A DNA stretch of 63,769 nt, the filler included, from Folioceros fuciformis (taxonomy: Eukaryota), in the NCBI GenBank assembly GCA_049999805.1. It is 5 parts of 5 records of this genome, joined end to end, with 100 filler letters (N's around TTAATTAATTAA, not from the genome) between each part and the next. Parts side by side here need not be neighbours in the genome. Positions count along the whole stretch, not along the records: positions 1 to 31,291 come from JBNGIO010006113.1; 4 more parts are not named here. The stretch is one strand, 5' to 3'. Each line of letters starts with the position of its first letter. Position 1 is the stretch's first letter. Under the pieces are notes generated by a model. That model saw only the letters and a program-made list of their open reading frames with translations, searched no databases and was not told where the DNA came from. This document shows positions 1-14,270 of the stretch, piece by piece. The translations under genes were made by a program, and so were the position numbers.

Positions 1-3000
1 TTCTCGACAATAGGCTTGTCTGGAGCTTCAGTTTTGGAACTAGTTGCACCTTTCCCTTTGTCCGCTTTCCTGGGGCTCTCTATATCCGTTTTGTCAATTT
101 GATCGTCACCCTTTTTCTTTTTTGCCTTCGAATCAAGTGCCTTTTTAGCCTTTGAACCCTTTTCTTCTTTACCGCCTCGTTTGCCTTGCTTGTTATTCTT
201 GTTTCCCTTCCCTTTCACCTCAGGTAAAGTAACGTTTCCATCTTTAATGGCATCGAGTATAAGATCTTCTACATCAATAATTGGACATCTATAGAGTCTA
301 CTAAGCAATTTAGCTTGGCTAGTTTTACCAATCATGGGTGCTCCATACAATATAATTATCGGTCTAGTAACTTGATTTACAAGTTCTGTAATTTCCTTGC
401 CACCATCTTTTATGTCACTTTTACGAGGCTCACCTATTTCACCAACATTGACCACATATGAATAAATATTTCACATCAAACAAGTTTTTTTTTAACAACT
501 AAATAATATTTCACAATCATGACAAACATAATGCTAGAAATGAGAAATAAAATTTTGAGATCTTAATCAATGAACTTTGAAGTAAAGTAGTTTTATTTTA
601 TTATGTGTGTTGTAGGCACAGAGCTCTTATATCTCATACTATTGTCAGCTTTTCTATCATACTTGAGATTAATGCTACATTAAGTTCCTTAGAGCATGTG
701 CGGTTTTCCTTATAATTATGGACCTTTAATTATAAGGGATCTACCCTTTTGCAATATTTAGGGTTTAGGCCCTACCTTTTTCAATGTTGGTGGAATCTTT
801 TGCAAGCTTTTTAGGATTTTCTGCTTTCTCCTTTTTAGGACTTTCTGCTCTCTCCTTTTTAGGACTTTCTGCCCTCTCTTTTTTAGGACTTTCTGCCCTC
901 TCCCTTTTTGCAAGCTTTTCTCCATCTTCCTTGGATGGCTTTCTACCCCTCATTTCCTCTTTGTTCTCATCCTTTGATTTTGCCTTTGCTTCTTCCTCTA
1001 ACCTCTTTGAATGATGTGCAGCAATAGTTGCCCAAAATCTTTCTCCAGCTTCACGAGGTTGTAGGTAAAGTAGATTCTTTTCATCATATCCTTCCGCATG
1101 ACGAAGCATGTCTTCTTCCAATAAGAGTTGAGCATCCCAATCAAGAGAATACACCTCTATCAATTGATTTGATTTGTTCACAATCTCAAATGAGCATTCC
1201 GAAGTTGTTCCTTTAGGCAAGATAGGTGCAAGTTTCACTTCTGGAGGATGCACCACGAAAGGAAGGGTGTAGCCTCTAGCTTTGCAATGGATGAGATAAG
1301 TGTCCGGATTGTCTTCTATTTCTATTTCAATGTTGGCATGGTATGAGGAATGTTTTTTTATAGAGGGCCTGAACCGCACCTAAAGTGCAAGTCAATGTAA
1401 TCAAGGAACAATTCACAAAGACATCATAATCACAAATTCAAACATCCTTCAAGCACGCACAGCAACAACAAAGTAGAGCTTACTTCCATTGTGACATATC
1501 TGTTTGGTTGTAGTACACCCATACTTGGGGTACACGTAAAGTGGTGATGATCACGAACATCATGAGAATGAACTACATTTGCATCTAATTGTTTCACATT
1601 CCAAACGGTAGGCGTCTCACTCCCATTATAGAGTTGAACATGAAGAGCCTACACAAATATATTAGGGTCCCTCAGTAAAATGGAAGCATGTAACTTGTTT
1701 CTTAGTTTTCAAGTGCAATATGAGAATTGAAGGTTTGGCGTACTTTGCAATGTCCCACTTTCACAGACCCAAAATCTAAGAAGGTGGTCGACAATTCAAG
1801 AGTCGGTAATGTGAGAAATGCTCTCAGATACAACAAACTCTGAGGTCCCTGCACGTTTAGAAGACACCCGAAGTTCATCCCGAGTCGATATCCGCACAAA
1901 TTGATTATTAGATGGTGGTGATAATGGGTTCTTACCTCACGTATGTGGATACGTGCACAAGCTTCAATTTGGCCAAAGGCAGGATTCTTTTGGAAATCTT
2001 TCTTAAAAGTAACATGAAGATGCACCTCTGTCTCTTCAACATATCCATGCTCTAAAGCATTAGCCCCAGAGATCTTTAATACTCGATCAGGTTCAATGTT
2101 GAAGCCATGTTCACGTACTGCTAATTTGTCTACCTTGAATGCAACAGGAAGTATCCCTCCATTCCTCACTCTAATCCTTTTCTTCTTTGTTTGACCCAGT
2201 TTCACTTCTCCAAAATCAATCAAAAATTTGCTAACAATGAGCTTTTGCACATTGATTTTTCTCTTCAGGGTTCTAGAGGATGCTCTACTTGCCAGCATAA
2301 GCCTACATACAGTATCCGTTGAGCTTGGGGTTGGAGGAGATACCACATCTCCTTGAGGATTATATTGAGGAGCATCATCTACAATCACAAGCAACAAGTT
2401 CTAGGTTTCAATACTATACAGCCTGCTTAAACAAAAAAATGGAGGACATCATTGGATTTTGGATGACAACCATAATAACCCATGTCAACCAAAGCAGCTT
2501 GCAAGCTTTTTTGTGCTAATTGTTGGAGCTTCTCTAACTCCAATATGTTCTCACGCAAAATAACACGATCTACTTCAAATTCAATCTCTTGGAGAGAGGG
2601 TTGTAATATGACACTATTAGCCTATTGAAAAAAATTATCTCATATATGAGAATCAATGAAGATAGCTTAACATTTACATGTACTACACAAATACTTTAGC
2701 ACGGAAGTGAGTTTGATTTTTTGCAAAACAAATACATTACAATTAGAACTAACCTCATCCACATCTGCTTCTACATCAACTTCGCCTGCTTCATTAACTT
2801 GTTGTTCCCATTTCAATAGATTCTCATTAGACCTTATAATCTCGCTTTTTTCTAAAGTAGAACATAAGCCTTAGGGTCATCCAAGATACACACTTGAATA
2901 CTAACTTTACAACCTACCAAAGAAGGAATGAAATTTCTTGCCTGAGCTGTTTTTTGGACTATTATAACCTTGAGTAAAGATTTTCACTTTTTCCTAGAGA

Positions 3001-6000
3001 TTAGGAAGAACAAAAATTAACCAAACTTATTCCAAGTAGAAATTGGTAGCATATTATACAATTTAATATACACACCAAAAACTTTTTAATGTCTGGTTCC
3101 TCTCCTTGAGAACACGCTCTTCCACGCTCATCCAGGTAAAGCCTTTGAGTTCTTTCTGTTAAAAATCCCACAACATATTTCTTTTGACATGAGATGAAGA
3201 CATAACCAACATCCATCAATAAATTATATGATAAAAATACATAAAATAGATATTTAAAGAAAAATATTCAAAAAAGCAGGCTTAGCAACATATGAAGGGA
3301 ATGTAAGGAATCCACATAGTTGTAGACTACACTTTACCTTCTAGAGTATAACTATATGTTGGTCTAGTTTTGTCCTCACATTGTTCAAAACAATGTTCCA
3401 TATAAGGCTTGTACCTTGGGCGAAACTTCTTATTTCCTAGGTCTTGGAAATCTTGAAATCCTTTAAACTCCATGGTGCTCATCAATTGTTCATAAGCTTG
3501 TTGAATATGATTCAAAAATTTTGTACTGCGAACTCGCTCTGCCTCCAGATTGATACATGGGTAAATGCCGTCTCCTTGGACTAGAAGATTATTTGGATGA
3601 AAGTACTCTACCTTTAACATTTGCCACAAAACAATTTAGTAATTTACGAGACACTTAAGTTCCATGCCTTGAGAATCCTCACCTTTCCATTGATGATGGA
3701 AAAGTACCTGTAGTCTAAAGGCTTCGCAGAATGTTCCTGGTAAGCCTGGATACACATTCACCCTAAATGTTTGCTTTTCCCCCGCATTTAAGAAACCAGT
3801 GAGAGGCAAGACCTTTAACAAGGACTTCCTAAGTAAAGGGCTGAGGTCCATTTTGTAGCTTATGGGCACCTTCCCTGTGTTTGTCAAGACTACATCTTGT
3901 GTGTGAGTCTTATTAAAAGCTTGCTTCTCGAAGTCCAGAATCGTCCTATTGAGATGATATTTTATTAAGTTTGATGCAGCATAAATATTGATTTCATATT
4001 CTGGACCTGCTATTACCTGTGCAAACAACACACAATTCACCTATTTAATGTTTCTTTCATCAATCACATGAGACGAGGGAAATTGACCAAAGCCATCAAA
4101 CATTCATGAGCCCTATAGGTAGGATGGTTACCTTAGCGTCCTACCTTACAAACAGCCAAAGCATGACACCTATATCCGGTATGTGCAAAATATGAAAATT
4201 CGATTCTCTCGCAGTGTCCAGGAGCTAAGTGGCCTCGAATTGGTAGGATGTCCAAAATTTGAGTCACCGGTAATTTGATCCCAACACTTTTCAATAGTAC
4301 TGCAGGCGAAGCCACAACCTCTGTGTCTTGATTCTCCAAAAAGCTCCAATTATAATGCACAGTTAAACAACTTATATTCCATATTGTGACAAGGATTCGT
4401 TTTGATGTGTTCTCTATCACATTCCTGTTCATCAGAAATTTAATATTTACGAAAACTAAAAAAGGATAAATTATTATTATACCTTTGTCATGCCATCTAA
4501 ACCCTAAAACCCAAAAAAAAAATCAATGTGCCAAGAATGCAAAATCAAAATCTTACCCAAAGTCAACTATAGTTGTATCAATGCTCAAGTTTGGATAGTT
4601 TATTTCGCCTATTAGTTCAACTTGTTCCTTTGGTACTATATTCTCGTAAGCTATTTCTAGCTTTTCTTGAAGAATAACACTAATTTTGTCTAGAAGATCT
4701 TGCCTAATACAAATTTAGTACAAAATGAGATTGATTAGAACTGAAGGATGTAGGACAACAACATGTAAGAGTTATGTTCTCTTGGCATAATGTAAGAGGA
4801 GTGTTGTTTCACAAAAAATTGAAGTGGTACCTGTCCATAGTGACCTCCACTGTCATGTATTCATTAGGCTCTAATACACACTCTAATTGGCTTGTTCTAA
4901 AGGGAGGTTTCACATGAAACGCAAATGTTAGTCTCAAGGATGACACATTTTGACAAGTAAGTTGATGACTTAATATGTCATCATCTGAGCCACATTGTGA
5001 CTCCGATATGTTGTTTTGCACAAATCGGAGAACAGTAGAAGAAAATCGAAGCTTTGAAGCTTCCAAGGTTGCATCCACTTTCAATTTATGAAGATCAAAT
5101 TGAGTCAAAGATAAGGCAGCCTTGCATACAAGTAGCTCACAAGCCAAGCCCGGTGTAGCCGAATATCCTGCATGTCTATTGGAAGTTATATATATGTATA
5201 TTTTTCCTCAGAATGTTAGGTGTTGTATAGAAGCAGATTCATATCATGATGTAAACCTGTTATTGTAAAGCTATACTCAGAGTATGCAGGGATGAGCATT
5301 TTCTGAGCAACCATTGTGAACACAGGCTTTGGTGGGAGGGCTTCGAATTGAGGTTTCTTCGATTTCTTTTCCCAAGGGTCATACACATGGGGATTCTCGA
5401 CATACTTAGGCAGCTTAACTTTGGCTGCCTCGTTTTCCCATGACAATGTTTGGCCTCGCCTGCCTTTGTTCATAACTAGTAAGTCATGTCTGAATGGGCG
5501 AAGTGTTAATTGCGTCCCAAAATGATAAACTCCAGCATTCAGTGCACCAGAAACAATGCAAGAGCCAAAACCGAAAGATGTCAAAGGAACTATGTAATGC
5601 CCTCCTTCACACATTACATTCATTCTATCGTTGAAGCGAATAACATCATCCAGGAAAGCAATCACCTGTTAGACAAAAACTTCAGTTGAGTTAGTCTTTT
5701 GTTGATAAACTGGCTTCTTCTGATGGATCCCTCAATCGAAGTGAAGTTCATCCATTGCATACCTCTATTTCTAAAACTCCATATGGATCTAATTCATATT
5801 CTGTACAAGTGAATCGATACACTGTGTCCTTTCGACTTGCAAATATCTTGATTGGGGCCTTGATGTAAGATAAGTTGCGTATGACTAGCCCTTCACGATG
5901 ATCGGTGAGGACTCTAACACGGCCAAAATCCACCCTAGGCACCCATTGATACATTTCTCTTGATATCTCAGGTTGGTGGCTTATAGCTTTATGTGCTCGA

Positions 6001-9000
6001 TAATAGGCCGGCGTTTCTATTCTTAATGTGGGTCCTAGACTTATTGCTGTTATCACCATTTCCAAGTCCGGACTATCTTTACTTGATGTTTTGATTATGG
6101 AAATAAGTTTCATGTAACCAAGAGTTTGTGCAGTGAGGGTGACAGCAATGGGGAAATCTGAGTTGGGTCCTATTATTCCATTGGAAGGCGTAACAGTCCA
6201 GATAGCTAGTTTCTTTGTGGCACCCTCTTGAGGCAAAAACTCAAAAGTTGCAGGGACAGGGGAATTGTTTCTCATCTCTACAATTCTTGTGTACGTATAG
6301 CNNNNNNNNNNNNNNNNNNNNNNNNNNNNNNNNNNNNNNNNNNNNNNNNNNNNNNNNNNNNNNNNNNNNNNNNNNNNNNNNNNNNNNNNNNNNNNNNNNN
6401 NGTATCATGCAGTTTAAAAACTCTACGGTTTCAGACACCAATGCCACCTGTAAAATATTGCAATTACATACAAAAATATTATGAGATATAATAATCTCCT
6501 CGTGTTAATGTAAAATCACCATAGAACGGGAAAGTATGATCAATTTGTATCGTGTCTTCTTGCCATAGTACCTTTGGATTCATACATCGGGCTTTCACAG
6601 GAATGGCTGTAAGAGCATTACCAACATTTGGCATATCCAAATACAATATAGCATCATAATTTTGGATTTGATTGGGAACTAAAGAAATCACAATCACTTC
6701 CTTCTCCTGGGCAATCAAGATCAAAATCATATGCAATTTGTTAGTCGATAGATGCTAAAAACCATCTACTTTGGTATTAACTTAAAAAAGCTCAACTATC
6801 AACCTGTGATGGTATGCATGTTGTGTCCTTGCTTGATTTGAAGAGAGATGAATAGCTAGCTTCTGCATGGTTAAGGCGAAGTACAAAATCCAAAGCGCAT
6901 GGACTCTCATTTTTTATGATGAAGTTTAGACGGCAATCAAATCCATACGACACCAGGCCAAAATCCAGAATCTTAGGTTCTACTTTGTAAGCAGGATCAA
7001 TGATATTTCCCTTGAATTCCAATATTAAATTCTCGATAGTGTCGTCAACAACCCACAAAAACTTCTCTTCAAAAGGACCCCTAGCTGTGCTCGTAACTGT
7101 TATAGTAATCTTAACGTGCTTTCCAACTGCTAAAATTCCTTTGCATGGGTTGAAGGTGAAGAATATTCGCGAAGGAGTTTCACAAGGAAGAAGTTCATAA
7201 TGTGCCTAAGATGGCATTATGGCATAGTTTGAACTTGCATATGCAAAACCAGAGTTCTAGTAGGATGTATCTCACTTATATTTAATAATAAAAAATATAT
7301 TTTTTGAAAAACAAATAGTAAGACCATGCTCATGTAGGGTTTTACTTTAAATACCTCGAGCTCACCACGATTTTGTAACTCAACTTCATATTGGTAAACT
7401 GAAAATAAGTGTAGGTCTCCTAGGTCCAAGAAATCTGGCACTATTGCACACTCTGGACCAACTCCAAGTCCTTGTAATTGCATAGGTAATGTATCCCCTT
7501 TGCCGGTGATGGTAAGTTGTGCTGTGTAAATATATCTTGATTGTTTCCATGACAAACAAGGTCTCACTATTATGTTAAACAAAGAGAAAATTAAGGGTGT
7601 TCCGCTTCGTATAAGCTTCTTTATACATTGTGGAACTTACCTTAAAGGCTGAGGGGGACAAAATGTGACCTTCACTTCTACAATGCTTCCTGGCCATATA
7701 TCACCTTGCACTGGAATGAGATCAAAGGCCTGTTCGTCGTAAAGTAAACCATGATGAATTTCAATATCCAGTTGATTCACTTGATGATGTCCCCATTGTC
7801 TTACAAAAGTGTACAATTCTACATTTTGACGAAAGAAAATACTTACTTTTTTCATACACTGTAGTTCCTCAATATCAGCAGGCTCAGAATCAGATCCTGT
7901 AGATGGAAGCACTCTATCATTATCAAACATCCGCTGATGATTTGAAAGCTCACCCACTCGCTCTGAGTATTCCAATTCATCTTTCTCACTTGCAAACCTA
8001 AAGAAGGAAGCAAATCAGACTTCACAAAATGAATTACTTATGATGAATTAGACTACATTGAATAACAGGTCACAGGTTCTTCATTGTGGGCAACATACCT
8101 TGCCCAGATAAAGCGAGCCACCATGGATGAGTTATTGATTATGTGGAAGGTTTTCGTGCACTTAGTTCTTACATGACAAGGGTCTGCAATTATCAAATCT
8201 GTAGAAAGTCCAACATCCAACTGACCATTTTCCCTAGTCATTTTGAAATTCTTCCTAAAAGCTCTCAAAGTGTATTACAAAGCGTGAAAACATATCTTCA
8301 CATTTTAAACATCTATAACATCATTTGGGAATCTAGAGAGGAATTGAAGAGGTGATCCAACCTCACATCCACTTCCAAATAGTTGGCAACATATGAGATC
8401 TTTTGTGTGTGTGTAAGTCATAAGTAGTTCGCCTTCATAGGATTGTGGAAGTTTGGGTTGAAAATGCACTATAATTAATGAAAACAATCCTGGCTCTATT
8501 TCTCCCTTGGAAGGAAATACACGAAATACACCTCGTGCCTGAAGCTTAAAAATGCCTTTACGTAATCCTAGATTCCGGATCATCATATTCTGCGATTAGA
8601 TTAGAAATCCAATGAGATGATATCTTTTGCTGCTTTGTATTAGCTATAGATTTGTATATGGTCTACTTCAAGACATTTTTCTTGGGATGCATTAAATAAA
8701 CACATTTACATAGCTTCTTGATGATCTCTAACTAGTGTATAGATAACTTCAACTCTTCTTGCTATGGTTGGAGATGTTTCTTGCAATGCATTCAAAAAAC
8801 AATTGTCAATGGGTTGTAGAATACCTTTTTGTGTGTAGCCTTACATGGAGTTGATGGAAAATGAAGGTTGTCAGGGATGTCAAGTATAGCTGTTTAATCA
8901 CATAAAAACTTACTAATTAGTTCTTAGGTTCTTTCTTGTTACTCATGAGCATTGAATGAAATGATATCTTTTAATTTTTCTATCTTGTCCCTGAATTTGA

Positions 9001-10242
9001 TACTTTGTTTCAAATGTCAAAGGAATTTTGGCTCAACCTTTGACACCATAGCATACCACAGGCACAATAAACTGTTCTCTCTCAGTGACAACCAAAAGAG
9101 CTCCTTCGAAGTCTTCATCGTGCTCAGGATAGAAGTTAACAACAAAATCCACCTAAGAGTGACAACATTTTCAGAACCACATGTATCTTCAAACAATAGC
9201 ACACATCACAAGAAAACAATGGGCTACACTCATTTACAATAGTTTACCTCCATCCCACATGCCACTTTACTCGAACCGATTTCTGCGTAGATGGATTGAT
9301 CCTCTCCTTCAATATTACAAGGTTCCACTGTCAAAATACCAGGAACCATGGGGAAAACTCGAACCCTTCTAATAACCTACATATAACAACAAATGTTAGC
9401 TTCGGATCAATACACTTCTCCACATTTTATGAGAGATACAGATGGGTGCAGATATATCCATCCTACCATATCATTGTTTCGAAGCTGAAGAATTGTAGAG
9501 TACTTATTAAACGCTTGATAGTTCCTAAAGTTGATAACCGGTGGAAAGGGTTGAAATAGAGGCTCATCTGTAGGAATGATAGTTCCATGCTGTGAGGAAA
9601 TGCCAATTAATCTTTTGTAAGTCACAAAGGTATCTCACAAGTTCATCTTTTCCTTCTCAATCTCATTAGCACATAGCAGCATACTTAGATTAGTACCTGG
9701 TAAGGCCCATCGAAAAAATCATGCCGAGAGGTGATCTCAGGACATAATCTAACTTGACCATCTCTGTATGCTATTGGAGGATTTAAAGCATCCCTTACGT
9801 GCTCACTAGGTATTCTCTGGTTTGCCCAAAAGAAATTCAAATAAAACCCATAGTCAGAATCTTTTGATGCAATGCTAAATGTGTAGAACAACAACTCCTT
9901 TGTAGAGATTGATAAACGCTCTAATTAAATTTTTGGTACAAGACAACATGTCTTCCACATTCTCAAGAATCTTTCACCTTGACTGGTTTAAGTGGTTTTG
10001 GAGGATGATATCCATAGGATTTGTATTTCACAGTGGAATTTTTAACAAGCTTTGCTATACATGTTGTTGCCTTATCAAAATGATACTTAGTATTCATCTT
10101 GAATAAATTTCGCTAAAGAATCTTATAGTGCACATGTAGGTGTAAGTGTTAAAAGAGATCTAGTGCTCTTGGTCTTATAACAATCCAGCTTTGTTATCCA
10201 TAGAAATGGATGACATATACTTGATGGAGAACAAATATCCAT
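1..10242 (-). CDS. HYDIN: HYDIN (axonemal central-pair protein), multi-exon 5' portion; continues beyond window start
   Basis: About 25 GT-AG-bounded exons encode tandem ASH/Ig-like repeats, e.g. FQPFPPVINFRNYQAFNKYSTILQLRNND, VTEREQFIVPV, AILDIPDNLHFPSTPCK, LDFGLVSYG, IDFGEVKLG, LDFGSVKVG, IEVYSLDWDAQLLLEEDMLR. The exon at 1-434 encodes an adenylate-kinase-like P-loop (IIILYGAPMIGKTSQAKLLS). The start ATG at 10242 (MDICSPS) is tentative and inferred from splice phases. N gap at 6302-6401. Confidence 0.88.
805..920 (-). repeat. 24-bp coding tandem repeat (KKERAESP x~4) inside a HYDIN exon
   Basis: Unit ctttttaggactttctgcyctctc is repeated; translation AKRERAESPKKERAESPKKERAESPKKEKAENPKK. Confidence 0.85.
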
Positions 10243-11765
10243 TGCAACTTCATAAACATAGAGCTCCATTTAACATATTTAGAGGCTGAGAACTAAGATG
10301 TATTAAATTTTAATAGAATAATCTCGATCTGATAGAAACATCCACTTCTCTCCACATTTCATATCTTCTTAAACATTTTGTGTGTTGGCTTGAAGTTACA
10401 CCTCTTCTTTTCATGTTTTTTGTTTGGACCAAGCATGAAATGGTGGAGGCTTGTCTTGTACACCAGCTCACGCCAAAAAGACAGTGTAGCTGATCGGTCA
10501 TGCCTACACCAAAAACGAGCCCAAAAGAAACAGAAACCCTAGGCGAGTGAGGAGTTCTTGAAACTAGTGTGCTGTTGTGCCACGTCAATATCTTATTCGT
10601 ATTTGGTACCTTAAGTATTTTAAACTAAACAGGTTTCTTTGTTACTCACTGTTACTACTGACTGCTACTACAAGACGCAAGTAGGACTGCCGGGAGACGG
10701 GCTGCCGCAGAGCGCGCTTTGCTCAAGGTTCGAGGGCTTATTGCACGGTGCAGGAAGCGTCGTCCTGTTGCGGCAAGTAAGGTATGTTGCGTGTCAACGG
10801 CGCCATGTTTTAGGTTTTCGGGGCGAGGATAACGTGCCCAACCTCGCGAAGAATGCTTCGGCGCCTCATTTTCGACTGGTGTCATCTCAAGGGGTGTTCC
10901 CGTTTCACGGCATTGGCTGCTGCATGTTTCATTGTTAGGCAAGTGTTTTTGGCTTGAATCCACAGAGCAAGATACGATGCACAGCATTCAGACAGCAACA
11001 TTGTTCGCTCCACACGGCCTCCTCATATTACTGCCAGCCTTTGGCCCTGAGACGGAAGTCATTTCAGGTCGACGATTCCTTCCCGACAACCGAGCCTACC
11101 ACTTGCTCGGCCTTCTTCAAGTTCCAGCGAGCACGGATTCCTAGATAGTTCTGACAAAGCACATACTGGTAATGAGGCTCAGAAACTCTGAGAATCAGCA
11201 GACGTTGCGATAGAGTTTGAAATGCGCAAATTAAACACCATCATGGTTTGACCATCTTTCGGTTTGTCCTACCGTCAAACTTCCTTTCACGGCTGATCTT
11301 TGTACACTCCTTTCTGCGAGGGAGGTTCAGCAATTCCTCAAGGAACTCATGACGTGAGGAGGTACTAGATTGGCTCATTCGCTGCCTGCAGTTATCAACG
11401 ATCTTGGATTGTTCAGCCTAGTCCTTGTGTTGTATATGCATGCTCCTGAACATGCAGCTGATCTAATAAGAGGCGCAAGAACAACAGAGGTAGCCAGCCT
11501 TTTGTTTGCTTGAATAATTTTGGCAAAAGGGCAACACCACCAGCTAGCTGGTCATTGCTTCTTAGCTCACTCTCTACCCTATGCCTCAACCCGTAGCATT
11601 GTGACAAGAAAAATGTACGCGTCAGCGATCCTTGAGCCATGGCTGAATCGATGCATGCCTTGAAATGGCGCACGTTACGTGATTTCATCAGATTGTTCGG
11701 CAGAGGCAATCCGGCTGGGAATCATTACAAGCAGTTCCGAGCAATTTCCTGGCTGTGAAAAGAAG

Positions 11766-13260
11766 CCCCACTCCCGGTTTGGGACTCCCGGAGCTGGGAC
11801 TCCACTTCCGGTTTGCGACTCCCGGGACTGGGACTCTTAGACTACTCCAAGGTCGGGAATCTCGGGACTAGGACTCTGGGGATCCGACTGGGCCCAAACT
11901 CCCGGGACAGGACTATCCTGGTCCGGATTCTCGGGACTAGACCTCTTTGGACTCACTGGTCGGGACTCCAAGGATCAGGACACACGTCGGGACTCCCGAG
12001 TCCGAAACTTCTTTACTCGGCGCGGGCTCCTAGGACTAGGGCACGGACGCAGAAGCCCCGACTCACGAGTCGGAACTCCGGGGACTGGGACTACACTACT
12101 TAGGTCGGGACTCCTGGGACCGGGACTTCGTACTCAGGTCGGGACTCCTGGGGACTGCGACTTCACTACTCAGGTCGGGGCTGCTGCGACTGGAACTTCA
12201 TACTTAGGTCGGGACTCCTGGGACTGGGACTTCACTACTCAGGTCGGGATTCCCGGGACTTAGGACTCCAGGTACGGACATCCCAGGTCCCGACTCACTG
12301 GTCGGGACTCCGGAGACTGGGAGTTCACGATGTATGTACTCAGGTCGGGACTGCCCGGACTTAGGACTCTAGGTACGGACATCCCAGGTCCCGACTCACG
12401 AGTCGGGACTCCTGGGACTGGAACTTCTGAATCACTTCTCAGGTTAGGACTCCTGGGATTGGGACTCCACTACTCAGGTCGGGACTCCTGGGACCGGGAC
12501 TTACACTCAGGTAGGGACTCCGGGGACTGGGACTCAACAACTCAGGTCGGGACTTCACGGACTAGGACTCCACTCCCGTAAGAGTGCCGGGACTGGGACG
12601 TCCCTTCCATGTCGAGACTCCCGAGACTTGGACACCAGTCCCTCATGACTCGTGGAACGGGGACATAACTTTCGGGGACGGAACTCCGGGACGAGGACTC
12701 CAGTCACTCAGACTCCTGGGGTTGGGAGTACATACATAGTACATATAATAATAATATGTACTGCTGGATCGGAACTCTTGGGCCTGCCGGGCCAGGGACA
12801 AGGACAGGAAGCCCAGCCGTGGGACTCTCATGTCGGGACGGGGACCAGGAGTTCGCTTCCCGGGACTTTAACGCCTGAACGGGGACCGGGAGTCCATCCC
12901 AGAACTCTGACGCGGGGACGGGTACCGGGAGTCCGCCCCCGGGACGCAATCGTCTGAACGGGGACAGAGAGTCCGCTCGCGGGGTACTCACAGTGGGACG
13001 GAAAGCGGGAGTCCGATCCCTGGGACCTCACGCTGGGACGGGAACTGCGAGTCCGCTCCCGGGGCACTCACGCTGGGACAAGAACCGAGTGTCCCTCCCC
13101 CTGGACTCGGACGCCAGAACAGGGACCGGGAGCTCGCTCCCGGGGCACTCACGCTGGGACAAGAACCGGGAGTGCCCTCGGGAAATCCGCTCGTGGGACA
13201 CTAACACTGGGACGGGAACCGGGAGTTCCCCCTGGGAGTTGTCGCAAGGACTGGGATGAG
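11766..13260. repeat. GC-rich degenerate GGGAC/GGGACTCC minisatellite island with two unit types
   Basis: Left part repeats ctcaggtcgggactcctgggactgggact-like units. Right part repeats cacgctgggac...aaccgggagtccgctcccggggcact-like units. A short AT-rich core lies at about 12727-12762. Confidence 0.8.
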
Positions 13261-13553
13261 ATAGAGCACTTGCACTTCAACTAGTTGGAGATACCTCTCA
13301 ACTTAGAGAGCTAGAGATTGAATGCAGCCCCTCAAGATCTTATGCCTTCGGAGTGGTTGTGCTCAACTTCTAAACTTCTCGTCAATGGGTCTATATCTTT
13401 CTCAACATATATGAGTATATAATATTTTTTAAAAAATATATAATGTTTAAAACTTCATATTTTGCTAACTTCAAAAGGTCACATACTAAATGGTGAAATC
13501 CATGTCATGAGACGACACAAAAGGGAGGAGGGGTTGGGAGTAAAGGAGGGGGT

Positions 13554-14160
13554 GACAGATGGGGATGGACAAATAGCTAAGCCTAGTGTAGGGAAGGTGG
13601 GAGAGGATGAAGTGCATGGCTAGCATGGGTGGGGTCCTGCAGACAAGTGCACGGAAGGGGTACTTGAAGGCATGATTCAGAAATAAAGACATTAGAGGGG
13701 GAAGAAAGGGATGAAGAGATGCATGATTCAGAAATAAAGACATTAGAGAGGGAAGAAAGGGATGAAGAGAAAGAACTCGTTAAGCTTACACTTAGCAACT
13801 TTTGAAGGGTTATCCTCTGGCATTACTCAACTTAGAAATTGATCAAAACTGACAGATGGAGATGGACAAATAGCTAGGCCTAGTGTAGGGAAGGTGGGAG
13901 AGGATGAAGTGCATGGCTAGAATGGGTGGGATCCTGCAGACAAGTGCACGGAAGTGATACTTGAAGGCATGATTCAGAAATAAAGACATTAGAGGGGGAA
14001 GAAAGGGATGAAGAGAAAGAACTCCTTAAGCTTACACTTAGTAACTTTTGAAGGGTTATCCTCCAGCTTTACCCAACTTTGAAATTGATCAAAACTAAGT
14101 GTAGAGGCATTAGAGAGAGAGAAGAAAGGGATAAGAGAAACAACTCCTTAAGCTTATATG
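13554..14160. repeat. Tandem duplication of ~250-300 bp with an internal ~50-bp duplication
   Basis: gacagatgg.gatggacaaatagcta...gatcaaaact occurs at ~13554 and ~13851. gcatgattcagaaataaagacattagag occurs three times, and a partial third unit starts at ~14105. Confidence 0.8.
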
Positions 14161-14270
14161 TGGCTCCAAAGCGTTATCCTGTAGCATGGTTCAACTTGAA
14201 ATTGACGAGAACTAAATCTAATGCCTTGGAGTGAAGTTGGACTACAAACCCTTATTCCACTAATTTTTAA

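Noticed and set aside
10639-11709. Short ORFs upstream of HYDIN
   Set aside because: No recognisable domain or consistent exon chain; may be promoter or UTR.
11813-13259. ORFs across the GGGAC island
   Set aside because: Low-complexity by-products of a GC-rich repeat that occur in all frames.
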